Shown here one piece after another: positions 10,868 to 19,780 of a stretch of 64,000 nt of DNA. The position numbers and the translations under genes are program-made. How positions within the stretch are numbered: position 1 is the first letter of the stretch; each line of letters begins with the position of its first letter. The stretch is from Oopsacas minuta (Eukaryota > Animalia > Porifera). Location of the stretch: the NCBI GenBank assembly GCA_024704765.1, contig JAKMXF010000166.1:304699-368698 (forward strand), written 5' to 3'. The notes beneath the pieces are model-generated. The model worked only from the letters and a program-made list of their open reading frames with translations, had not been told where the DNA came from and ran no database searches.

Positions 10868-12517
10868 ATGGTATACATTTACAAGACTTTAGTTTCCAAT
10901 CAGCTGCTTTTCATATTGTTGCTTGTATCTGTTCTGTACTTTCTCCTGAAATTATCTTCTCCAAACCTCACAAGATCAACAACTACATTAACTCCTGTTA
11001 TTCTACATGATTACAATTTCGGTTTTGAAAGAACTTGCTCAGATATATCAAATACGTCATCAGACCTAATTCAACAAATATGTCATATAGAACAGAGCAA
11101 ACTTACACCACTACACAGCCGTACAGTACTTGTACGTGATACATCTCGTATACGTTATTACGCACAGAGAGACTTACAAGGCTGGCAGATGTTCTACGAG
11201 AATATAGGGTATAAGGTTGTAGAACCTCGATTCTCATTAACACCACCTGATCCGTGTCTATACGATGTTCTGCTGTGTATGGGTCTTGTGTTACAGGACC
11301 AGTCGTGTGTGTCTCCACAGGATTACCCTAGATTAGCACCTGGACAGAGAGTAAGTCAATTCTACGGTATGAGACAGGTTCTGTGGAGAAAAGATTCATT
11401 CTGTAGAACAATGAAGAGTGTATTTGCTCGTATTCCTAAGAGGGTTTCTACTGATTTCCTATTCGATTGCTGGGTCCTACCTAATGACCTAGAGGATCTA
11501 CGTGGAGTGATGCATGGAGAACCAGATGGGCTATGGATAGCTAAGCCTAGATCTAGAGGGGAGGGTAAAGGAATCATGATTGTACATAACTTAGCTGAAC
11601 TATACGAATACAATCTATTAGGCAGTGTAATCCAACCATATTTAGATAGAGTTATGTTGATAGAAGGCAGGAAATTTGATTTGAGAACTTATGTGCTTGT
11701 GACGTCAATAAATCCATTACGAGCTTATTTCTACAAAGAAGGGTTAGTTAGACTTGCTTCTGAGTTGTACAACAAAACTGGTAATTCTAAAACTCAGTTC
11801 CTTACTAATACATCTGTTGGGAAGCTAGTCGCTAATATTAATGATATTGTGTGGATGTATAAAGATCTTATAAAGTATCTTAGAAAAATGAATTTTGATG
11901 GAGATTTATTGTTTGAACGAGTTGAAGAGGTTATTGTGAAGACGTTGCTTGCTGGAGAAGTAGGATTCCATAAATTGTATCAAGATACATTCCCGGGGTA
12001 TATGTGTGAGAATTGCTACCAGTTATTAGGAGTTGATGTAATTATTGATGAAGATTTGAATCCAAAAGTGATAGAAATTAATGGTATACCTTCAATGCAG
12101 TTGTCACATGATCTTGGTGTTAAACCTGATCCAAGCAAGCCATACACTGCTACGAAATTCGGACTTTTAAGAGACACATTAAATACTCTATATCAGCCGA
12201 ACACACGGCCTCATCAACTTGAGCGTATGATTGATAAATTGGGGATTGGAATAGTACCTAGTACTTGTGAAGAACAACATCAGTTTTGTGTTACAAATCG
12301 CGAGTTTGCTTTTCTAGTTGATAGTCAAAGAGAATTCTTTTCTAAGGGAATGTATAAGAGAATTTATCCAACTCAAAATGGTGATTTATATACTGATCTT
12401 CTGACACACACCCACAAGACTATTATGAAGACAGCTGACGACAAAAATCAACTTACCACATACAAATTACATCATCTGATGACACTTATTGAAATATACA
12501 ATCTACAAAATCACTGA
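10868..12517 (+). CDS. Tubulin-tyrosine-ligase (TTL/TTLL) family ATP-grasp protein with an N-terminal signal anchor
   Basis: WIAKPRSRGEGKGI, VIQPYL..LIEGRKFDLRTYVLVTS..PLRAYFYKEGLVRLAS, FLTN and CYQLLGVDVIID..LNPKVIEIN..PS are TTL-domain motifs. Residues about 13-29 (LLFILLLVSVLYFLLKL) are hydrophobic. Confidence 0.85.
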   Translation: MVYIYKTLVSNQLLFILLLVSVLYFLLKLSSPNLTRSTTTLTPVILHDYNFGFERTCSDISNTSSDLIQQICHIEQSKLTPLHSRTVLVRDTSRIRYYAQRDLQGWQMFYENIGYKVVEPRFSLTPPDPCLYDVLLCMGLVLQDQSCVSPQDYPRLAPGQRVSQFYGMRQVLWRKDSFCRTMKSVFARIPKRVSTDFLFDCWVLPNDLEDLRGVMHGEPDGLWIAKPRSRGEGKGIMIVHNLAELYEYNLLGSVIQPYLDRVMLIEGRKFDLRTYVLVTSINPLRAYFYKEGLVRLASELYNKTGNSKTQFLTNTSVGKLVANINDIVWMYKDLIKYLRKMNFDGDLLFERVEEVIVKTLLAGEVGFHKLYQDTFPGYMCENCYQLLGVDVIIDEDLNPKVIEINGIPSMQLSHDLGVKPDPSKPYTATKFGLLRDTLNTLYQPNTRPHQLERMIDKLGIGIVPSTCEEQHQFCVTNREFAFLVDSQREFFSKGMYKRIYPTQNGDLYTDLLTHTHKTIMKTADDKNQLTTYKLHHLMTLIEIYNLQNH

Positions 12518-12748
12518 ATCATTTTATTTTGCTAGTATTTACTTTTTTATTTATTTATTTTCAGTATTAAGTGTCACTTCAATATTTTGTTTAACTCTGC
12601 TGCTTTCTAGACACAATAACTCTGTCAATTTTCAGTGAATGCTCTTCTCTCTAATTGTGTACCAGTGAGCAAGTAATTAGGGATCAAGTAGAGTATTACA
12701 ATACCGGGAGTGAGACAATTAACTACAGAGACATTTCACGACAGCTTA

Positions 12749-13516
12749 GTCCTACATTTCATTACAGATATGTCTTTTGTGTACAGATGATATTTTGTAC
12801 AGGCAGGCTGTCTGTCTAGGGGCCTAGGAAGAATAGACCATGAGTCACTATTGATGCTGAGGTTATGACCCATCTGACCCTCGTATCCATGACCCACCCA
12901 TGTTATATTGACCCATCGAGCGACCCATTGAACCATTGAGTGACCCATTGAACCATCGAGTGATCCATTGCGCCATTACCTACTTTGAAATTCTAACATA
13001 ATGTTTTACAACCCAGTGGACGTTTACGAATCATTCTTCAATATCTCTATTAGAATTCATTTATTATACACATTACTTTATATGGATATGTCGGTAGCCT
13101 AACATTGTCGACCAGATTTTTCTATTTACTTTTCAGTCTGTTGAAAGGTCATTTTCCTGGCTTAGTGAAAGATCACTTTTATTTTGAGGAGATAGGGTTT
13201 TTAATATATAAATTCTTGCCGACATATAACTAATCTTTTATTTAATAATACATCCAGCTGTCTTTACTGAATAGTCATGGTGATGAGTCAATGGATCACA
13301 CGATAGGTTATTGGGTCTCTCAATGGGTCACTAGGTAACTCGATTGGTCAATAGCCACTCAATGGATCATGCGACGCGGTTACGATGGATCAGATGAGTC
13401 ATGGCTCATGGGTCACCAAAAGTGAACCATGGTCCACTTTTCGTAGATCAAACAGCCTACCTGTACAAAATATCCTCTGTACACAAAGGTCGTATATTTG
13501 TAGTGATATGTCGTAC
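12749..13516. mobile_element. Foldback/MITE-like element with inverted arms and GACCCATTG/CAATGGGTC sub-repeats
   Basis: 12774-12811 (CTTTTGTGTACAGATGATATTTTGTACAGGCAGGCTGT) is the near reverse complement of 13452-13489. Tandem TGACCCATTGAACCAT sub-repeats on the left are mirrored on the right. Confidence 0.65.
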
Positions 13517-13531
13517 TCCCTTACAATTAAT

Positions 13532-13984
13532 GCATTAGCCGATCGTGTTAAACAAGATCGCGATCCCGATCCCGATCTTAGCTGAAATTATGATCGGTGA
13601 TCCCGATCAAGATCCTTATTTCAAAAACGATCGCGATCCCGATCTCGATCATTTTTCCGATCGTTTGTGTAATATTCAAGACATATATTTTTGATAGTTA
13701 CATCATTTCTTATACCAAAAGAAACACAGGTGGAGAATCGAGGCATTCTAGAAACGAATATTACTGATTGTTGAATACAAATTTGGAACAATTACCTAAG
13801 TTTAAAAAACGCTAATGATAGTAGCATTCAAAGTATACAAAATGATCGAAAATTTTGTGCAAAAAAGGATCGCGATCTTACATTCGATCTTTAATAAAAC
13901 AATGATCGCCGATCGTCGCCAGATCGTCAAAAAGTATCGCAATCGTGATCGAGCGATCAATGATCGTACGATCCTAATGCCCTA
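13532..13984. mobile_element. GATC-rich non-autonomous element (hAT-like end)
   Basis: GCATTAGCCGATCGT versus ACGATCCTAATGC(CCTA); clusters of CGATC sub-repeats at both ends. Confidence 0.55.
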
Positions 13985-14049
13985 CTTACAATACACATTG
14001 CATTACCTCTAATGACATATAATGAAAAGTAGTGTGCATGCTCATAGAG

Positions 14050-14214
14050 TAGGGTGGCCATCACATTATTTCTATTACAAAATTAACCATCCATTTATAG
14101 ATTTATAACATATACATAATTGTCAGATAATATCTTGTCCAGGAAAGTCCAGGAATTTTTGGGTATAACTGCTCAACTGTACAGGATTTATGCCTAAACA
14201 TGCTGGTCACCCTA
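14050..14214. mobile_element. hAT-type MITE
   Basis: TIRs TAGGGTGGCCA / TGGTCACCCTA and an 8-bp TSD TCATAGAG / TCACAGAG (7 of 8 match). Confidence 0.8.
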
Positions 14215-14933
14215 TCACAGAGTCGAGTGTGTATCTTACCTTCGGTATGCTGGATTATTGCATTTTCTGACACAATTCTGAGTGTTGTTAGAATTTTCCC
14301 TTGGATCAGCTTCAGGAATCCTCTTGAGTGTTGCTCAGATGTTTCCTACTTGCTAGTTATATTGTTCAGGGTTTTTGAAGCGATAGAAGGGACGTTGAAT
14401 GAGAAATTTCTTAAATTCGCGAGAATATTGGTTGTAAGTGGAGTATTATCGCATTTTATGACGCTAATCTAGATGTAGTTCTGAATTATATCTTTGATCT
14501 GTATCAAGAATTATTTAAGACCTGCATGCATGTGAGAATGCGCACTCGACATTTTAATACCCCTCTATGAAGTAAACTAAGTACAACAACAATTTGGTTG
14601 AAATTGAGGAACTTAATACTTAGAGAACCAGGCAGTTTATCCAAATCAGGTATTGAATGAACGATACACCGTGTCATATACATTAGTTGCATTTACATCA
14701 TTTCCTTTCTCCCTCAGATATATTTTCTCAGAAATATTCTAGCCTTAAACATGACGTTATTCTTGTACTCTCTCCTCAAAATTCCACATTTCAATTATTA
14801 AAGACCTACATTAGTTGATTCTAATATAAGAATTCGTAATTCAAGCATGCGTCATGGTTAGGCTCTTATATTAGCACAAATAGATAGTCGTGTACATAAT
14901 TTATAGTTTGCAGTATTTATACAATTGTGATTT

Positions 14934-17900
14934 ATGAAATTTATACTTTCAGTTTATCTCCTCAGCTCTGTGATGGTTTCGCCAAAGATAATTTTCTCAT
15001 TAGTTTTATTCTCAATTTGTTTGTACTCTGTGAAATGTCAACTCGATCTTGACACGAATACCCCCGGGACTAATACCTCACTAATTTATCTCTATATCAA
15101 TTCAGACTCAACTCTACGGCTCTTCCCATCCGTATCTCTCTCTATACCAGATTTCAGACCTAATACAGCTACTGTTACTGTGTCAACTCCAACAATAAGT
15201 AGCAACTTTCCATGCTTCATGGAAATTAACTCTCTCTCCTGTAAATCAGCTAATTTATCTTCATCAAGTGATATATCTATAGAAAGTGCTATAACATTCC
15301 TACAGAGCTTATACTACCGGAATACTGCTGCAATAGAGAACAGAATCGTGGATGTAGAGGTAGTTGTTAGCTACCAGAATAATAATGAGGATAGAGCATT
15401 AAATACTCTTACAGAAACTGCTAGCTTATTAGAAACGAGAGATACACCAGTTATTTCTTTCAAAGATGGGTACGAGTATGCCCCCGTGTATCGCCATAAA
15501 TTCAGACCTGTCTTCTTCCTTGATGGAACTAACTTCACCATCTCATCTGCAGGAGGGCTCTACACTTCTCTCCTTGTATGTGTGTTCACACAATCTGAAC
15601 TGGAGGCTATATCTGTAAATAATGATCATCCTCTTGTCGACTCTCCTATCACGATTAATGAAATTGATCGTGTCTGCTCTCGACTGAACTTCTCTCCAAT
15701 CAATGATACGACTCTACTGGAAGTATTTTCTGTATTCAGTTATACAGAAAAGACTGACATGATTGATAACTACAATGATAGAGTTATCAGCATTTCAGTT
15801 GATGCTGGGTTTAACATTGGTTATCCGCTACTATTTAATATAACATACTACATGGCTATAATACCAACTCCTATATATGTTGAAACTCTTCCAGTGGTGT
15901 ATTATGACGATGTAGCAGAGTTATATGTTGCTAGCTTGTCATCTGTGAGAATGAGTGACGTCATGAATATAACTAGACAATCTCCAACAGATCTCAACCC
16001 GATCACTTCACTTCTCCTACAATCAAATTCCTCTCATGTTGCTAAGGTTACTCTATGGAATGATCAGCAATGTTCCAGCACCTGGTTAAGTCATCCAGTA
16101 TACAAATTCGATTTTTGTTCAGATCAACAGTTCTTCTTCGACTTGGAATTAACCACTCTCTTCCTTCTCAAATTCGGTGTAAAAGTAGAAACAATTACAG
16201 TTGACGGTAAAGAACTGAAGATATACTCTACTGAAAATAAGCCGGCTTATGGATTCATTACACTTATCGGGAGTGAGACCCAATCTCCAGATGCTAATCA
16301 CTTCTCTGTGTGGTTCAAGAATGCTCCTGGTGAATTGGGAGGGTGTCCCCTTGAGATAACCAATGGTCTTGTAGTTGACTACCAAATCTGCCTGACAGGG
16401 TCAGAAGATAACATTGAATTTTGGTACTCCGGACTAGCACCTGATCACCATGAGGTTAGAGTGACTTATCCAACTCAAGGAGCGTTCCGCCTCGACGATT
16501 GGAATTTCGTATCCGTATCTGTTACAAATATTTCTGTATATCTTTTGCTGAATGAAATCGAATTGGCTCCAAGTGAGTTTTATTGGTTTGATGAATTAGG
16601 AGAAGATTTCTATACTCAGATACCAGTACACCTATACAGTACTAGTCGAGATGATGCTACTGAAATTTATATTCTCGGAAAAGACCGTGGATTCATTGGA
16701 GAAGTTACTGGTGTTATTGTGGATCAGTTCTTCATTACGACAGGCGAAGCTCATTGCATGTTTTCGTGTATTGAAGGTTTTTATATGAACGAGACTATCA
16801 TTGGTATTTTACAACAGAAAGGATTACAGATTACATTTGTTAGAGAGTCTTTTGAAGTGACAGGGAATATGAGTATTATTGATATTAACTACATACTACA
16901 GAACCTGTATTATCTTACGCCAAATGACAGCTCCACTACATACAGATTAATCGCTGCTAGTGCTTCTGATGATATGTTTTATTCTACAGGAGTTACACGT
17001 ATTTCCGGAAGGTGTAGTGATTGCTTCGATCATTCTCACTGTTATGCTACTGAACACTTAAGTATGTGTCTATGTGAGAGGGGATACTTTGATGCAAGTA
17101 TTGATGGAGATATGTCAGTGTGTAAGCACCCCATGGATTGTACCTATTTGAATGGAGGATGTAGTGAATTAGAACAGTGTATACAGATTGATGATGAAGT
17201 AAGGGAGTGTGTTGACGCCTGTGATTCTTTTCCCTGTCTTAACAATGGTGCCTGTAGTATTGTTAATGTAACACATTATGAATGTGCTTGTCCTGGTGAG
17301 TTCTACGGGGTTGATTGTGAATGTAGGAATAGTTGTTTAGTACAGGACTGCTCACCTGGTGTATGTCTAGACTTTTGTAACGGTTCTTACATTTGTTTGA
17401 CTAAATCTTCTTCTGTTATTCCTACGATGAGTTCTACATTCCCACCTGCTACGTCAAGCTCCTTGTTGTTCACTACTTCTCAGGCTGTAACATCTATGTT
17501 TTCTAGCTCACTCATATCTGAATCTACTTCTTTACAGGAGTCTTCTCTAGTACAAACTTCTGTATTAGCTACTTCTTCGCTTCAGCCTTCTAGCTCAAAT
17601 ATAGAATCTTCTCCCTCCGTTACTAGCAGTCTTAAAGAAAGCTCTACTTCTTCTTTTGTTATTACGTCATCTATGGCTGTTGTATCTAGTACTGTCGTTT
17701 CTACCACTCCACCAGTATCATCTACTGTTAGTGATGTTATGACGTCATCACAAGTTGTTTCATCTACTGTTATAGATGTAACCTCATCCGATTCAGTGAT
17801 ACCTACGTCATCACAGATACCTTTTAGTTCTACAGCTGACATACTGATGTCATCACAGAGACTTTCTAGTTCTACAGCCGATATACTGACGTCATCACTA

Positions 17901-19619
17901 ATTCTCCCTAGTTCAACAGTTGACATTTTCACGTCATCACAGATACCCTCTAGTTCTACAGTGGACATACAGACGTCATCACAGATACCTTCTAGTTCAA
18001 CAGTTGACATTTTCACGTCATCACAGATACCCTCTAGTTCTACAGTAGACATACAGACGTCATCACAGATACCTTCTAGTTCAACAGTTGACATTTTCAC
18101 GTCATCACAGATACCCTCTAGTTCTACAGTGGACATACTGACATCATCACAGATACCCTCTAGTTCTACAGTGGACATACAGACGTCATCACAGATACCT
18201 TCTAGTTCAACAGTTGACATTTTCACGTCATCACAGATACCCTCTAGTTCTACAGTGGACATACTGACATCATCACAGATACCCTCTAGTTCTACAGTGG
18301 ACATACAGACGTCATCACAGATACCTTCTAGTTCAACAGTTGACATTTTCACGTCATCACAGATACCCTCTAGTTCTACAGTGGACATACAGACGTCATC
18401 ACAGATACCTTCTAGTTCAACAGTTGACATTTTCACGTCATCACAGATACCCTCTAGTTCTACAGTGGACATACTGACATCATCACAGATACCCTCTAGT
18501 TCTACAGTGGACATACAGACGTCATCACAGATACCTTCTAGTTCAACAGTTGACATTTTCACGTCATCACAGATACCTTCTAGTTCAACAGTTGACATTT
18601 TCACGTCATCACAGATACCCTCTAGTTCTACAGTGGACATACTGACATCATCACAGATACCCTCTAGTTCTACAGTGGACATACAGACGTCATCACAGAT
18701 ACCTTCTAGTTCAACAGTTGACATTTTCACGTCATCACAGATACCCTCTAGTTCTACAGTGGACATACTGACATCATCACAGATACCCTCTAGTTCTACA
18801 GTGGACATACAGACGTCATCACAGATACCTTCTAGTTCAACAGTTGACATTTTCACGTCATCACAGATACCCTCTAGTTCTACAGTTGATATTTTCACTT
18901 CATCACAAATTCCTTCTAGCTCTACAGCTGATTTACTGACGTCATCACAGATAGCCTCTAGCTCTACTGCTGATATCCTGACGTCATCACAGTTAGCCTC
19001 TAGCTCTACTGCTGATATACTGACTTCATCAGAAATACCATCTAGCTCTACTGCTGATATACTGACGTCATCACAGATACCCTCTAGTTCTGTTGTATCA
19101 TTGAGTTCTACAGATATTGTAGAATCTACTACATCTACTTCTACTAGTGTTGTCTCAGTACCTAGCGTTATGAGTTCATCCATCATTATTTCCGCAACCT
19201 CTACACCTTCCCAATCTGTCTCTTCGATCCTTGAATCAACACAATCTTCTCCTGAAACAAGTAGTTCTGAAGATATTTCCAATACAGTAATCAGTATCAC
19301 CGCAGAACCTTCTGTTATTATTTCGAATACGGAAATAGAATCTTCAAGTGTTACTGTCCAGCCTAGTACTATTCCTACGGACTCTACAACTCAATTGCCT
19401 GCTTTCAGTGTGCAAACTGCCATAGGTGTTGGTGTAGGCATATTCATTCTTATTCTAGTTATTATTTTCGCAATTGCGCTTATAATCGCATTGTTTCTAG
19501 TAAGAATGAACGACTCCAGAGGATTAGACCCTACTAAAGATTTCGATGGTCCGGAGGCCACCTCTCCCGCACAGATAACTGCTGTGTTTAAAAACAGAGA
19601 GATTTCAGATATCAACTAA
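14934..19619 (+). CDS. Type I membrane protein: signal peptide, LamG plus calsyntenin-like module, EGF repeats, Ser/Thr mucin stalk, TM helix, short tail
   Basis: Signal peptide (KIIFSLVLFSICLYSVKC; the second Met at 14973 may be the true start). LamG-like WNFVSVSVTN..FIGEVTGV, EGF motifs (CLNNGACSIVNVTHYECACPGEFYGVDC), about 30 x 14-aa repeats, TM GVGVGIFILILVIIFAIALIIALFLV. Confidence 0.85.
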   Translation: MKFILSVYLLSSVMVSPKIIFSLVLFSICLYSVKCQLDLDTNTPGTNTSLIYLYINSDSTLRLFPSVSLSIPDFRPNTATVTVSTPTISSNFPCFMEINSLSCKSANLSSSSDISIESAITFLQSLYYRNTAAIENRIVDVEVVVSYQNNNEDRALNTLTETASLLETRDTPVISFKDGYEYAPVYRHKFRPVFFLDGTNFTISSAGGLYTSLLVCVFTQSELEAISVNNDHPLVDSPITINEIDRVCSRLNFSPINDTTLLEVFSVFSYTEKTDMIDNYNDRVISISVDAGFNIGYPLLFNITYYMAIIPTPIYVETLPVVYYDDVAELYVASLSSVRMSDVMNITRQSPTDLNPITSLLLQSNSSHVAKVTLWNDQQCSSTWLSHPVYKFDFCSDQQFFFDLELTTLFLLKFGVKVETITVDGKELKIYSTENKPAYGFITLIGSETQSPDANHFSVWFKNAPGELGGCPLEITNGLVVDYQICLTGSEDNIEFWYSGLAPDHHEVRVTYPTQGAFRLDDWNFVSVSVTNISVYLLLNEIELAPSEFYWFDELGEDFYTQIPVHLYSTSRDDATEIYILGKDRGFIGEVTGVIVDQFFITTGEAHCMFSCIEGFYMNETIIGILQQKGLQITFVRESFEVTGNMSIIDINYILQNLYYLTPNDSSTTYRLIAASASDDMFYSTGVTRISGRCSDCFDHSHCYATEHLSMCLCERGYFDASIDGDMSVCKHPMDCTYLNGGCSELEQCIQIDDEVRECVDACDSFPCLNNGACSIVNVTHYECACPGEFYGVDCECRNSCLVQDCSPGVCLDFCNGSYICLTKSSSVIPTMSSTFPPATSSSLLFTTSQAVTSMFSSSLISESTSLQESSLVQTSVLATSSLQPSSSNIESSPSVTSSLKESSTSSFVITSSMAVVSSTVVSTTPPVSSTVSDVMTSSQVVSSTVIDVTSSDSVIPTSSQIPFSSTADILMSSQRLSSSTADILTSSLILPSSTVDIFTSSQIPSSSTVDIQTSSQIPSSSTVDIFTSSQIPSSSTVDIQTSSQIPSSSTVDIFTSSQIPSSSTVDILTSSQIPSSSTVDIQTSSQIPSSSTVDIFTSSQIPSSSTVDILTSSQIPSSSTVDIQTSSQIPSSSTVDIFTSSQIPSSSTVDIQTSSQIPSSSTVDIFTSSQIPSSSTVDILTSSQIPSSSTVDIQTSSQIPSSSTVDIFTSSQIPSSSTVDIFTSSQIPSSSTVDILTSSQIPSSSTVDIQTSSQIPSSSTVDIFTSSQIPSSSTVDILTSSQIPSSSTVDIQTSSQIPSSSTVDIFTSSQIPSSSTVDIFTSSQIPSSSTADLLTSSQIASSSTADILTSSQLASSSTADILTSSEIPSSSTADILTSSQIPSSSVVSLSSTDIVESTTSTSTSVVSVPSVMSSSIIISATSTPSQSVSSILESTQSSPETSSSEDISNTVISITAEPSVIISNTEIESSSVTVQPSTIPTDSTTQLPAFSVQTAIGVGVGIFILILVIIFAIALIIALFLVRMNDSRGLDPTKDFDGPEATSPAQITAVFKNREISDIN
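17800..19090 (+). repeat. Coding 42-bp tandem repeat (I[F/L/Q]TSSQIPSSSTVD), about 30 units
   Basis: GACATTTTCACGTCATCACAGATACCCTCTAGTTCTACAGTG-type units: 24 core units plus about 7 degenerate flanking units. Confidence 0.95.
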
Positions 19620-19780
19620 ATATCTTTCCTTTCATCTTATCTTAAAATCCATTCAAGTTTCACTTAGTATAGTACTTTTCTTTTTAGTTCATAAAAGTAT
19701 TTTTACTAAAGACATTTATTTCTAAACTTGTGTATCCCATTACTGTAGAAATAATTATAACGTATTCGCCTGTTTGTATA

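Noticed and set aside
14235-14700. Minus-strand coding-like stretch ending at a GTAAG donor
   Set aside because: In-frame stop, no recognisable homology and no downstream exon found.
17800-19090. Regular short repeats resembling a CRISPR array
   Set aside because: Contiguous in-frame coding units with no unique spacers; eukaryotic context.
17582-19300. 572-aa minus-strand ORF
   Set aside because: Antisense shadow of the stop-free Ser/Thr tandem repeat.
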